A DNA stretch of 64,000 bases, taken from the NCBI GenBank assembly GCA_963695555.1, contig CAVOGR010000004.1, positions 1 to 64,000 of the forward strand, read 5' to 3'. Positions 1 to 10,193 of this stretch are shown here, piece after piece. Under the pieces are notes generated by a model that was not told the origin of the DNA, ran no database searches, and worked only from the letters and a program-made list of their open reading frames with translations. Origin of the DNA: an uncultured Gemmatimonadales bacterium. Lineage in GTDB: Bacteria > Gemmatimonadota > Gemmatimonadetes > Gemmatimonadales > GWC2-71-9. Position 1 is the stretch's first letter. Each line of letters begins with the position of its first letter. The position numbers and the translations under genes are program-made.

Positions 1-1166
1 TGCGCCAACCGATCTCGGTGTTCCACATCTTGGCCATCGCCGCCTCGAGGCGGATGTCGTGGGTGCCCCGATCGGCCAGGAGGGATGCGAGGTCGCTCAC
101 CGACTCCATGGCGAAGATGTCAGCGGCCATCCGGCCAATCTTTTGGGCGATGGCGTCATGTTTCCCGATCGCCTGGCCCCATTGGACCCGCTCGGAGCCC
201 CAACGGCGCGCGTAGACTCCTCCAGACACCGCTTGGCGCCGGCCACCGCCGACGCGGGTAGGGTGAGGCGACCGGTGTCGAGGGTGATCAGGGCGAGCTT
301 GAGTCCCTTGCCCTCGCCCCACAGGAGGTTCTCGACCGGGACCTTCACGTTGGTAAACCGCATGACCCCATTCTCGATAGCCTTGAGGCCCATGAAGTGG
401 AGCCGTTGCACCACCTCGACCCCCGGCCAGCTGCTCTCGACGATGAATGCCGAGATGTCCCGCTTGCCGGTCCGAGCCATCACCACGAGGAGCTCGGCGA
501 TCGTGCCGTTGGTGCACCACAGTTTTTCGCCGTTCAGGATGTAGTGGGTCCCGTCCTCGGACAGTGTTGCGGTCGTGGTCATCGCGGCGGGATCGGACCC
601 GACGTTGGTTTCGGTGAGCGCGAAGGCCGAGATGGCCCCTTTGGCACAGCGCGGCAATAGGCGCTTCTTCTGTTCCGGGGTGCCGAACAGCTTGAGCGGC
701 GTGGGGACTCCAATCGACTGCGCGGCCGAGAGGAGTGCGGTGAGATTGCCGTCCTGGCTGGTGACCAACCCGATCGCGTGGGTATACATGGTCTGACTCA
801 GGCCGAGTCCGCCGTATTCCTCGCTGATCTTGATACCAAAGGCGCCCATCTCCTGGAAGCCCCTTGATTACCTCAGGCGGGATCTGACCCTCGCGGTCGA
901 TCTGATCGCTGTCGACCTCCTCCCGCATGAACCGTTCGAGCCGCTCCATGAACGGGCCGCGCCCTCGCCTCCTCTGCCGGATCGATTTCGGGAAACGGGT
1001 GGACCAGGTGGAGCAGGAACGAACCTTCGAACAACTGCCGGACGAAGCTCGGGGCCTGCCACTCCTTTTCCCGCGCGGCCTCGGCGACGTCCCGGGCCTC
1101 CTGCTCGGTTGCCAACCGGCCCTCCGGGCTCGTGTGCGGTGCGGGTGCGGTGATGACGTCGGTCAT
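1..1166 (-). CDS. Acyl-CoA dehydrogenase (FadE-like), broken by about 3 frameshifts, runs off the window start
   Basis: Stitching ORF 873..1166, an intermediate frame ([25 protein letters not shown]), ORF 97..849 ([28 protein letters not shown]) and a further frame ([18 protein letters not shown]...EAAMAKMW) gives a continuous ACAD. Breaks near 955, 855 and 210. Confidence 0.88.
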
Positions 1167-1200
1167 GGGTTGGTCCTGGTAGGGGGTCGTTGTGCCATTG

Positions 1201-1866
1201 TCAGGTAATTGAAAGGGGCGCCGATGCGCGATGCGCCATTCCGTGCAGGACGAGGTCCACTACGTGCCGCTTGCGGGCGTCGAGAAATTCCTGGTTGCCG
1301 GGATCGATGCCGAGGGCCCGCATGATAGTTTCGGAGTGGACCAACGGGAACCAACAGAGCCCGATCACGCTCAGCAGGAGCTGACTCGCATCCACGCCCC
1401 ATTCGTGCTCCAAGTCCAGCTCCTCGCGCAGCGCGCCTAGCGCTTCCTGAGCTGCTTCCAAATGCGGCGGGAGCTCCTGGAGGTGCTTGCCGCCGCTCAA
1501 GGCCTCCCACTCGATCAGGCGAACGAGGTTGGGGTTGGCCGTGATGAAATCGAAATAGTCCGAGACCACGCCCGCCAGCACGACTTCGGCGCTCTTGCCG
1601 CTCGACAGGGTACGGCGCCGGCCCTCGCGCACGGCGTCGCGGACGGCGGCGAAACATCGTTCGAGCACCGCACGGTACAGATCGGCCTTCGAACCGAAGA
1701 AGTAGCCGGGCGTGGCCCTGGACACGCCGGCCATCGCCCCGACGTCCTGCAGGCTGGTCGACTCATATCCTCGCGCGGCAAACAACTGCTCGGCGGCATC
1801 GAGGATGGCCTCCCGCGTGCGCACCGGATCCCGCGTCCGATCGGTTGTTGATGTGACACCCGCCAT
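1201..1866 (-). CDS. TetR/AcrR family transcriptional regulator
   Basis: N-terminal HTH ILDAAEQLFAARGYESTSLQDVGAMAGVSRATPGYFFGSKADLY; AGGAG RBS. Confidence 0.93.
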   Translation of the reverse strand: MAGVTSTTDRTRDPVRTREAILDAAEQLFAARGYESTSLQDVGAMAGVSRATPGYFFGSKADLYRAVLERCFAAVRDAVREGRRRTLSSGKSAEVVLAGVVSDYFDFITANPNLVRLIEWEALSGGKHLQELPPHLEAAQEALGALREELDLEHEWGVDASQLLLSVIGLCWFPLVHSETIMRALGIDPGNQEFLDARKRHVVDLVLHGMAHRASAPLSIT

Positions 1867-1874
1867 AGCGCTCC

Positions 1875-1900
1875 TAACTTGCTAGCTGTCCAGCAAGTTA
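1875..1900. promoter_or_regulatory. Candidate TetR operator, TAACTTGCT-N8-AGCAAGTTA
   Basis: Perfect 9-bp inverted repeat abutting the RBS of the tetR gene. Confidence 0.6.
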
Positions 1901-2071
1901 TCGAAGTCCTGGTCCGGCCACAATGGGGGCCACGGGCGCAGTCTTCCTTCCTCGTTGCAACTCCCTGCCACCCGCGGCGCAAACCTCGATGTGAGAGTTA
2001 CCTAAAATATTGTCTTGTTTGAGTTTAACGAGGATCATCGGGCGGCCTGATTCCTGCGGCCCGCTGCCAGA

Positions 2072-3793
2072 GTGATTCCAGATCGTTGTCTCCAATGCCG
2101 GGCGCCACTCGCCCGAGACGCCGCGTTCTGTTCCCAGTGCGGCGCCCTTGCTGCCACCAAGGTGACCGGCGCGGCCGAGCGCCCCGAGCTGGATCACGAG
2201 ATCCAGTCGAGGCTGTCGCTGGCTCTCGGACCCAAGTACGGCGTGCGGCGCCTCATCGGTCGCGGCGGGTTCGCGGAGGTGTACGAGGTCTGGGATGAGG
2301 AGCTTCACCGCCGGCTGGCCATCAAGGTCCTGCGACCGGGCATCGCGTGGACCGAGGGGATGCTGACGCGGTTCAAGCAGGAGGCTCGCGCGGTCGCGCG
2401 TCTCACCCACCCCAACATTCTGCCGATTCATTTCGTGGGTGAGGGTCATGGCCTCGTGTACTACGCCATGCCCTACATCGAAGGGCAGTCGCTTGCGCAG
2501 ATGATCCGCCACGCCGGTGCGCTTCCGTGGAAGACGGCTGCGGGCTACGCGATCAGCCTGTTGGGCGCACTAGAGCATGCCCACGAGCGGGGTCTGGTTC
2601 ACCGCGATCTCAAGCCGGACAACATCATGATCGATGCCACCACGGGCCGTGTGCTGTTGGTGGATTTCGGGATCGCCAAGCGGCTCGATGGAGGAAAGAG
2701 CGAGACGCAGGCCGGATTCGTGGTAGGGACACCGCAGTACATGAGTCCGGAACAAGCGTTGGGCCAGGCGGATCTCGACGCCCGCTCAGACATCTACTCG
2801 TTCGGTGCCGTCCTGTTCCAGATGGTGACCGGCATGCCGCCGTTCGACGGGGATTCCTCGCAGGAGATCGTGGGGAAGCACATCGCGGAGCCGCCGCCGA
2901 TTGCCTCCGTACGCGATGCCGGCATTCCGCGCTGGATGTCCGACGTGATCGTCCACTGTATGGCAAAGAAGCCGGCGGCCAGATTCCAATCGGCCGACCG
3001 GGTGATCGAAGCTCTCAGCCAGGGCCTTGCAGCGGGGGGCGGCAAGACGCCGGGCACGGATCGCGCCGTGGCAGGCGCGGACCAACCCACGGAGATCATG
3101 ACCACGGGAGGGCAGGCGGTTGCCGTTCCGCGCTCCGTGTCCCAGCGTCGCTCGTGGAACCGGCTCCGCTCACCGCTCGGTGTCCTCGTGTTGGTCCTTC
3201 TCTTAGCCGGTGCGGCCGGCAGCGTGCTCCGGCTGACGAGGCCCACCCTGATTTTCAGCAATCGCCTGGTGCATCCGATCCGTCTGGTGGTGAACGGGAA
3301 TGAACACCAGGTGGCGGCCAGCAGCGAGTTCCGGCTGCGACTTCCGCGTCGGCAGGGTCTCACGGCCCAATGGTACATGGAGCGAATAAAGCGGTCGGAC
3401 GGGAGCGCGGTTGGCGCCGGGCTCCAGGGGACCCTCGTGGAGGACCTGCCCCAGGGCAGGATCGAGTGGGCCGCTGATGTGAACGATGCGGCGGATGTGT
3501 TATTCGCTCCGCTCATAACCAATATGACCGACACACCGCTCCGTCTCACCGTCAATGCCGGGCTCGCGGATGCTGAGGACTGCACCTGCACCGTGCCCCC
3601 GGGGGCCACCCGCGCCGTCATCGGGTACTACCCGCTCTTCACCAATTCCACCGTGGAAGCCAGGTCCCCGGACGGACGGGTGGCCCGCTTCAAAGACCTT
3701 GGTCCGAAGGTCGATCCCCGCATCGGGGCGATCGGGCTCAGATTTGAGCCGAAGGACTTCGGTTGGCCGGACGAGCTCCAGCGCCGCTACTAG
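2072..3793 (+). CDS. Hanks-type Ser/Thr protein kinase with N-terminal Zn ribbon, one TM helix and a C-terminal extracytoplasmic domain
   Basis: CLQC...CSQC; GRGGFAEVY, AIK, HRDLKPDN, DFG, GTPQYMSPE, DIYSFG; hydrophobic stretch LGVLVLVLLLAGAAG. Confidence 0.93.
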   Translation: MIPDRCLQCRAPLARDAAFCSQCGALAATKVTGAAERPELDHEIQSRLSLALGPKYGVRRLIGRGGFAEVYEVWDEELHRRLAIKVLRPGIAWTEGMLTRFKQEARAVARLTHPNILPIHFVGEGHGLVYYAMPYIEGQSLAQMIRHAGALPWKTAAGYAISLLGALEHAHERGLVHRDLKPDNIMIDATTGRVLLVDFGIAKRLDGGKSETQAGFVVGTPQYMSPEQALGQADLDARSDIYSFGAVLFQMVTGMPPFDGDSSQEIVGKHIAEPPPIASVRDAGIPRWMSDVIVHCMAKKPAARFQSADRVIEALSQGLAAGGGKTPGTDRAVAGADQPTEIMTTGGQAVAVPRSVSQRRSWNRLRSPLGVLVLVLLLAGAAGSVLRLTRPTLIFSNRLVHPIRLVVNGNEHQVAASSEFRLRLPRRQGLTAQWYMERIKRSDGSAVGAGLQGTLVEDLPQGRIEWAADVNDAADVLFAPLITNMTDTPLRLTVNAGLADAEDCTCTVPPGATRAVIGYYPLFTNSTVEARSPDGRVARFKDLGPKVDPRIGAIGLRFEPKDFGWPDELQRRY

Positions 3794-5027
3794 GGGTCCG
3801 TGCGGGGGGTGTCGCGGTGGAGGCTTCGCCTTCGCTGCCGGACGCCAGTCGAGTCCGAAGCTGACTTCCCGGCGTTACGGCGTTGAAGCCGTATTTCGAC
3901 CGGGCCCGGTCGACCGCGGCGGTTAACGTGCGCAGGCGTTGGCGGTCCGGTGGCTCGAACAGATCAGCCGGCGCGGCTGGCGCGAGGTTGGTAGCCGCGA
4001 CCCCGATCAGGCGTACGCCTTTCCCCCGGCGTTCCACCTCGCCGAAGGCTGCCCGAAACAACCCACGCACGGCCTCCCACATCTCGCGGTCTAGATCGGT
4101 CGGGACCCCGAGGGTGCGTTGCCGCGTCACGGTGCGGAAATCGCCGTGGCGAAGCTTGAGGGTCACCGTGCGCGCCATGAGCGCGTCCGCCCGAAGCGCC
4201 GCCGCCACCCGCGCGGTCAAGAGTTCGAGCCGTCCCTCGAGCCGCTCCCGGTCCGTCACATCGGTCGATAGCGTCGCTTCCCGGCTGACCGATTTTGGCA
4301 TCCGGGAATTCCGCAGGGCCACGCCGCCGTAGCCGTGGGCGCGGAGTTTCAGGAGTTTCGCATGGTCCGGATGGACGAGTCGCTCGAGTTCTGTGAGGTC
4401 GAGTTCCTGGATCTGGTGGACGTCCGTGAGGCCTAAGCCGGTCAAGCGCTGAGCGGTTTTGGGGCCGATGCCCGGGATCGCGCGGAGCGGCAGGCCGGCC
4501 ATGAAGCCCTTCTCCCAACCGGAGCGCACTTCCAACAAGCCACGCGGCTTTGCCATTTCCGAGGCGATCTTGGCGATCATCCGGTTGGGACCGATCCCGA
4601 TGCTTGCGTCGAGCCCCGTCTCTTGCTTCACGGCATTCCGGATCTGCTCGGCCACGGGCAGGAGCGAACCAGGATGCAGACGGTCGGTGCCCGAAAAATC
4701 CAAGTAGGCCTCGTCGAGCGATGCCATGACCACCACCGGCGAGTACTCCCGGAGAATTCTCCGTACCGCCTTGGACGCGGCCCGGTAGTGCTTGAACTCT
4801 CCTTGAACGAACGTCGCCTCGGGGCACAGCCGCACCGCCTGCGCGATCGGCATGCCTGAGGCAATCCCGAAGCGCCTGGCGCCATACGAGGCCGACTGCA
4901 CGACGCCGCGTTGGTCGCGGCGCCCGCCAACCACGAGCAGGTCGACCTCGCGCAGCTCGGGGTTCTGGTGCCGACACACTTCGACGAAGAAGGCATCGAG
5001 ATCCAGGTGGAGTATCCGGGTCGTCAC
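3738..5027 (-). CDS. dinB: DNA polymerase IV (Y family)
   Basis: ILHLDLDAFF, SASYGARRFGI, SLDEAYLD, KIASEMAKP, IPGIG, little-finger region VRLIGV. Confidence 0.95.
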   Translation of the reverse strand: MTTRILHLDLDAFFVEVCRHQNPELREVDLLVVGGRRDQRGVVQSASYGARRFGIASGMPIAQAVRLCPEATFVQGEFKHYRAASKAVRRILREYSPVVVMASLDEAYLDFSGTDRLHPGSLLPVAEQIRNAVKQETGLDASIGIGPNRMIAKIASEMAKPRGLLEVRSGWEKGFMAGLPLRAIPGIGPKTAQRLTGLGLTDVHQIQELDLTELERLVHPDHAKLLKLRAHGYGGVALRNSRMPKSVSREATLSTDVTDRERLEGRLELLTARVAAALRADALMARTVTLKLRHGDFRTVTRQRTLGVPTDLDREMWEAVRGLFRAAFGEVERRGKGVRLIGVAATNLAPAAPADLFEPPDRQRLRTLTAAVDRARSKYGFNAVTPGSQLRTRLASGSEGEASTATPPARTPSSGAGARPANRSPSAQI

Positions 5028-5078
5028 AGCTGATGATTTCCTTTGGACGAGTCCGCGAGGGACATCGCCTCTGAGTAC

Positions 5079-6146
5079 CTAGACCAGGTGGATAGCGGTC
5101 GCCTTGACCGTGGCCACGATGCGGTCGCCCACTGCAAGTCCCATGCTCTCGGCCGACTGGGTGGTCACCGCGGCGAGCAGCCGGCGGCCCGCGTCGAGAT
5201 GCACGTAGGTCAGCGGACCGGCGTGCTCCATGCTGAGCACGACTGCGGCGAGGTGGTTCCTGGCCGAGCTGGCATGGGACTCCCGGCTCAGGACGAGGTC
5301 TTCCGGCTGAACTACCGCGTGAGCCGGGCCTTCACGGTCTGCGATGACGTCGAGCGCCAAGCTGTCGCTCCGGAACTCTGCGGGAAATGTCTTTGTGTCG
5401 CTGCCAACCGAACCGCTCCGGGTCACCATTCCCGCGATGACATTGGCTGCCCCGATGAAGCGCGCGACAAACGCCGAGTTCGGATATCGAAACACCTCTT
5501 CTGGTGTGCCGCGTTGGACGATCGCTCCGTCCGCCATAACCGCAACCACGTCCCCGAGTCGAAGCGCCTCGTCGAAATCATGGGTGACTTGGAGCATGGT
5601 GATGCCCTGGCTCTCGTGAACGGTCCGGAGCAGTTGCCGCATGTCCTGGCGCGTGGCCGGGTCGAGCGACGCGAAGGGCTCGTCCAACAGCAGCGTGTGC
5701 GGGCGCGGGGCCAGGGCCCGGGCAAGCGCCACCCGCTGCGCCTCGCCGCCGCTCAAATGCCGCACCCCACGCTCCAGGAGGTGCTCAATGCCTAGGCCTG
5801 CCGCCAGCTCGTGCACCCGCGCCTGCCGTTCCGCCTTCAAGTGGCGGGACTGCAGCAGGCCGTAGCCGATGTTGTCCGCAACGGAGAAGTGCGGGAAGAG
5901 GTGGTAGCGTTGGTACACCACTCCCACTCCCCGACGTTCGGGCGGGCGGTTGGTTACGTCTTCGCCTTGCACGGTAATTCGGCCGCTCTTGATCGGCGCA
6001 AGTCCCGCCACCGCCTCCAGCAGGGTCGTCTTACCCGAGCCGCTCGGCCCGATCACGAGGCCGTATCCACCCCGCGGGACATCGAGGGTGATGTCCCGCA
6101 ACTCGAACGTGCCCACACGGAGTCCCACCGCTTCCAACCGAATCAC
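5079..6146 (-). CDS. Molybdate/tungstate ABC transporter ATP-binding protein (ModC/WtpC-like, C-terminal TOBE domain)
   Basis: GPSGSGKT, LSGGEAQRVALARAL, LLLDEPF; TOBE signature SSARNHL...ATVKATAI; GTG start overlaps the permease stop (GTGA). Confidence 0.9.
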   Translation of the reverse strand: MIRLEAVGLRVGTFELRDITLDVPRGGYGLVIGPSGSGKTTLLEAVAGLAPIKSGRITVQGEDVTNRPPERRGVGVVYQRYHLFPHFSVADNIGYGLLQSRHLKAERQARVHELAAGLGIEHLLERGVRHLSGGEAQRVALARALAPRPHTLLLDEPFASLDPATRQDMRQLLRTVHESQGITMLQVTHDFDEALRLGDVVAVMADGAIVQRGTPEEVFRYPNSAFVARFIGAANVIAGMVTRSGSVGSDTKTFPAEFRSDSLALDVIADREGPAHAVVQPEDLVLSRESHASSARNHLAAVVLSMEHAGPLTYVHLDAGRRLLAAVTTQSAESMGLAVGDRIVATVKATAIHLV

Positions 6147-6922
6147 TCGAGCTCCCGGGTGTCGAGCAGCCGCACGATGGCGAAGACGGCCAGGGCGACC
6201 AGCAGGAGAATGACTGCGGCGGGAATGGCCGCCCCCAACCCGAAGGACGTGAACCGATCGAACACGAAGACGCTCGCCACCTTGGGATTGTAGGTGATCA
6301 CCACGATCGCCCCGAATTCGCTCACGCTTCGGGCCCACGCGAGAACGGACGCCGCCAAGACTCCCCGTCCGGCCAGGGGGAGCGTGACCCTGCGAAAGGC
6401 GGTCCACGGGCGGTCACCCAGCGACCGGGCCACGCGTTCGAGGTGCGGGTCCACGGCAGCAAACGCCTCCCGGGCCCCGCTGACCAGGATCGGCGCCGAC
6501 ACGAACAACATGGCCGCGACGATGCCGGGAACATGACTGACGAATTCAAGGCCAAGCTCGGCCAAGGCGCCTCCAAGCGGTGAGCGCCGACCGAGAAAGA
6601 GCACCAAGGCGATTCCGGCGACAGGGTGGGGAACGACTACCGGCAGGTCGATGATGCCTTGGAGCAATCGTCGTCCGGGAAACCTGGTCCGTGCCAGAAA
6701 GTACGCGAGTGGCACACCCAGGAGGATGCCGATGGCGGTGGCGGTCGTTGCCGTGAACAGAGTGAGCGCGATAGACTGGCCCAACTCGGGGTCTTGAAAT
6801 GCTGCCATCAGGCCAGCGGGCGATGCCTTGAACAAGAGCCGGAGCAGTGGCCCGACGATGAACAAGACCAGCACCGCGCCAAGGCCCGCGGTGAGGAGGT
6901 GGCCCCATTGCATCCGTCGCAT
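6143..6922 (-). CDS. Molybdate/tungstate ABC transporter permease (ModB/WtpB-like)
   Basis: DLPVVVPHPVAGIAL, EAA-loop region LERVARSLG...FRRVTLPL, WARSVSEFGA. Confidence 0.9.
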   Translation of the reverse strand: MRRMQWGHLLTAGLGAVLVLFIVGPLLRLLFKASPAGLMAAFQDPELGQSIALTLFTATTATAIGILLGVPLAYFLARTRFPGRRLLQGIIDLPVVVPHPVAGIALVLFLGRRSPLGGALAELGLEFVSHVPGIVAAMLFVSAPILVSGAREAFAAVDPHLERVARSLGDRPWTAFRRVTLPLAGRGVLAASVLAWARSVSEFGAIVVITYNPKVASVFVFDRFTSFGLGAAIPAAVILLLVALAVFAIVRLLDTRELE

Positions 6923-7059
6923 CAGTTACGGCCTCGTTCCCACCAAGTCCAGGATGGGCTCGGTCCAGCCTTGAGAATTGGCGGCATTCGGGTAAGACTC
7001 ACCAGATCCTCGCACGAGGTCGTGTTTCCAGCCGATAATCCCCCCATTGGAGATAGAAG

Positions 7060-7563
7060 ATGAAGCTCAGCGCCGCAATGCAGGACGCGATGAACCAGCA
7101 GATTCGAGTCGAACTCGAGTCGGCCTACCTCTACTTGTCGATGGCAACTTTCTTCAGCCCAAAGAATTTGGGTGGGCTCGCCCACTGGATGCGGATCCAA
7201 GCGCAGGAGGAGGTTAGCCATGCCATGAAGTTCATCGACCATGTCGAGGACCGTGGCGGCCGCGTGGCGCTCCAGGCCCTTGCCCAGCCGCGCCTCGAAT
7301 TCGCGTCAGCGCTCGAGGCCTTCGAGTTTACCGCCTCTCATGAAGCCGCCGTGTCGGCCCAAATCCATAGCCTGTACGACCTGGCCGCGAAGGAACGCGA
7401 TTACGCAAGTCAGGCTCTCCTCCAGTGGTTCATTACCGAACAGGTTGAAGAGGAGAAGACCGCGAGTCAAATCGTGGAGACCCTTCGGATGGTAGGAGAC
7501 AGCGCGCCCGGGCTCTTCATGGTCGACAAGGAACTCGCGAGTCGCGGGTCGGCACCGGCCTAG
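7060..7563 (+). CDS. ftnA: Non-heme ferritin
   Basis: NQQIRVELESAYLYLSM, QAQEEVSHAMK, LQWFITEQVEEE ferroxidase residues; GGAG RBS. Confidence 0.93.
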   Translation: MKLSAAMQDAMNQQIRVELESAYLYLSMATFFSPKNLGGLAHWMRIQAQEEVSHAMKFIDHVEDRGGRVALQALAQPRLEFASALEAFEFTASHEAAVSAQIHSLYDLAAKERDYASQALLQWFITEQVEEEKTASQIVETLRMVGDSAPGLFMVDKELASRGSAPA

Positions 7564-7583
7564 TCGCCCGGCTGTACTTCTCT

Positions 7584-8468
7584 ATGCGAATCGGCTTTCT
7601 CGGGCTGGGGGCGATTGGACGCCCCATGGCGAGCCATCTGGTCGACCAGGACCTGATCGTCTGGAATCGAACCACATCGGTGGCCCGTGCATTCGCGGCC
7701 CACTATGGGGCAGAGTGGGCGGACACGCCGCGCGCCCTCGCCCACCGGGTTGATGCCGCCATTACCTGCCTCCCCACCTCGGCCGAGGTGGCCGAGGTGC
7801 TCTGGGGGCCGGACGGGCTGGCGGAAGGACTTGCTTCGGACAGCTTGGTGGTCGATTGCACTTCGGGCGACCCCGCCAGGTCCAGGCGAATAGCCGACGA
7901 CCTGGCCCGACGTGGAGTCGGGTTCGTGGACGCCCCCGTGAGCGGAGGCACCAACGGGGCAGAGGCCGGGACCCTCACCGTGATGGTTGGAGGAACCGAT
8001 GCAGCGTTTGCCCGTGCTTCGGTGATTCTTTCGGCGTTCGCGTCGAGGGTCGAGCACATCGGTCCCGTTGGCACAGGGCACGCCCTCAAGGCCGTGAACC
8101 AGGCACTGCTGGCCACCAACATCCTGGCGCTCGGCGAGGGCCTCGCGGCGTTGGTCAAGGTGGGTGTCCCGGCGGCCCGCGCGGTGCAGGTGCTCAATGC
8201 CTCGAGCGGGCGGTCTTTTGTGAGTGAGCGGTTGATCCCCGACCGGGTGCTCTCAGGCGCGTGGCCCGCCACCTTCCGGCTCGCCTTGCTCGACAAGGAC
8301 GCCTCGATCGCCCTGGCCGTGCTCGAGGAGGCCGGCGTTCGAGGCCCGGTGCTCCACCGCGTGAGCGAGTTGCTGCACCATGCGCGCAATGAGCTGGGCG
8401 AGGAAGCCGACTACCTCGAGGTCATCAAGCTGAACGAGCGGGAAGTCGGCGTGGAGATCAGGGAATGA
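7584..8468 (+). CDS. NAD(P)-dependent beta-hydroxyacid dehydrogenase (3-hydroxyisobutyrate dehydrogenase family)
   Basis: IGFLGLGAIG, WNRT, FVDAPVSGG, GTLTVMVGG, KAVNQ. Confidence 0.9.
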   Translation: MRIGFLGLGAIGRPMASHLVDQDLIVWNRTTSVARAFAAHYGAEWADTPRALAHRVDAAITCLPTSAEVAEVLWGPDGLAEGLASDSLVVDCTSGDPARSRRIADDLARRGVGFVDAPVSGGTNGAEAGTLTVMVGGTDAAFARASVILSAFASRVEHIGPVGTGHALKAVNQALLATNILALGEGLAALVKVGVPAARAVQVLNASSGRSFVSERLIPDRVLSGAWPATFRLALLDKDASIALAVLEEAGVRGPVLHRVSELLHHARNELGEEADYLEVIKLNEREVGVEIRE

Positions 8469-8496
8469 CTCCGCCCAACCCAGGCCCATCGTCCCG

Positions 8497-9288
8497 ATGA
8501 GCGGCATCACGCCACCTGCGGGTCCCGTGCTCGTGCTCGTCGAGCCGCAAGACATCGTCAACATCGCAAGCGCCGTCCGAATCGCCAAGAACTTCCTGAT
8601 CGGTCCGATCCGGTTGGTGCGACCGCGGGTGTTCGATGCCTACCGTATCGAGGGCATCGCCCACAACACTGCGGATGTCGTGGAGCAGATCGAGCTTCAC
8701 GACGACCTCGGCTCCGCACTCGGGGATTGCGTCTATTCCGTGGCGCTCACGGCACGGGAGCGGGCGGCAAAGCGGCAGACCCTCACGCCTTGGGATGCGG
8801 CAGGAGAACTGACCCGACGGTGCGTCGAAGGGCCAGTGGCAATGGTGGCGGGTCGGGAAGACAAGGGGTTGACCAACGCCGAACTCGATTCATGCCACGG
8901 GATGGCGGTGATTCCTACCTCTTCCGCCTACCGCTCGCTCAACCTGGCGCAAGCCGTGGCCATCATGAGCTACGAAGTATGGCGGGCGCGCACCGAAGGC
9001 CGCGTGGTCCGCAAGCCGCCCCGCCGGGCGGCCGGTCCGGCTCCGGGTGCTCAACTGGACCGGCTCTTTGCCGACTGGGAGCGCGCGCTCTGGGCCATTG
9101 ATTTCTTCAAGACGCGGCAACCGGACACGGTAGTGCGGTCGCTGCGCGAAATGGTCTTCCGTGCCGACTTGGATGGACGCGAGGCTGCGCTCTTCAGGGC
9201 CATGGGCATCGAGGTATACCGCTATTTGGAACGCGTCGGCGCGCCGGTCGCGGGCCAGAAACAGTCCGAAGACGAAATCGAGCGGTGA
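8497..9288 (+). CDS. SPOUT RNA methyltransferase, TrmJ/YjtD family
   Basis: VLVEPQDIVNIASAVR, ALTAR, GREDKGLTNAEL, YRSLNLAQAV. Confidence 0.88.
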   Translation: MSGITPPAGPVLVLVEPQDIVNIASAVRIAKNFLIGPIRLVRPRVFDAYRIEGIAHNTADVVEQIELHDDLGSALGDCVYSVALTARERAAKRQTLTPWDAAGELTRRCVEGPVAMVAGREDKGLTNAELDSCHGMAVIPTSSAYRSLNLAQAVAIMSYEVWRARTEGRVVRKPPRRAAGPAPGAQLDRLFADWERALWAIDFFKTRQPDTVVRSLREMVFRADLDGREAALFRAMGIEVYRYLERVGAPVAGQKQSEDEIER

Positions 9289-9494
9289 TACGGGGCCGCC
9301 GCATCACCGCTCTGGCTCGCCGGTCCTACCGGGCCCAACGCAGTCGCAACTTGCTCTCAGACCACGGCCGGGGGCGAGTTCTCTGGATTGGTATTGGAGA
9401 CGATGGGGTCCATGCCGCAGTGCACAGGACCGGGGGTCCTAATTACCTTCTCAGGTGCATTGCCGGGGCCCTCGTTTCGAACTGGAGCGTCTGC

Positions 9495-9986
9495 GTGGGG
9501 AAATCATCATCTTTCTGGAGGAGCAACCTCTACCAAGACCCCTCCACCCCGCCAGTTCCATATGCTCCGTACAAGCAACTTCCTACCAACAGCGCAAATC
9601 GATTCCGACTGCTTCGGGAAGGTCTCAAGGGCGAAAAGGGTATCGGGGAGAACGTGCGATACCTGGGACCCAAGTGGCACTGGGCCTGGGAGTTTGTGCT
9701 GGGCAGCCGGAAACTGTGCTGGCTCCATGTCATGAAGTCGGGCGTCAGCGCCACATTTACCCTCACCGATTACGAGGGGCGCAGAGCCGGTGAGCTGGCC
9801 CGCTTGAACGGAGAGGTGGAGCAAGCCATTCGCGAGGGACAGCGAACCGGCCCGGTCAAGTGGTGCACGATCGACATCACCGACAAGCGGGTTGCCGACG
9901 CGTTTCTCGGATTCATTCGGAAGAAGATGGGATGGGTCCGAACCGAGACGCCGACGCTGGCGAACCGGCGGGTATCGGGCGGGTGA
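9495..9986 (+). CDS. Hypothetical protein, DUF3788-like
   Basis: GTG start after GGAG; aromatic/basic pattern YLGPKWHWAW...RKLCWL...FIRKK resembles DUF3788. Start trimmed from ORF 9285..9986. Confidence 0.6.
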   Translation: MGKSSSFWRSNLYQDPSTPPVPYAPYKQLPTNSANRFRLLREGLKGEKGIGENVRYLGPKWHWAWEFVLGSRKLCWLHVMKSGVSATFTLTDYEGRRAGELARLNGEVEQAIREGQRTGPVKWCTIDITDKRVADAFLGFIRKKMGWVRTETPTLANRRVSGG

Positions 9987-10065
9987 CGGTCGCGTGGCGG
10001 GGGCAGTCGGAAGGGTGAGTTGGGTCCGCGCGCCGCTGGTCGTGGCGCGGGTGAGACGGTCAGGG

Positions 10066-10093
10066 TTGTCACGCCGGTGAAGGGTCGTATACT
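10066..10093 (+). promoter_or_regulatory. Sigma70-type promoter for the act operon
   Basis: TTGTCA-N16-TATACT about 100 bp upstream of actA. Confidence 0.6.
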
Positions 10094-10193
10094 ATTGCGT
10101 CGCGGGGGGCCCCGGACGGCCGAACGGAGCGCGCGAAACTCCGCCCCGTGATTCACTTTACAGCTGATTTTCCATTCTCGACCGCGACCGATT

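Noticed and set aside
10148..10160. Rex box upstream of actA
   Set aside because: GTGATTCAC has the wrong half-site spacing and lacks the TT/AA flanks.
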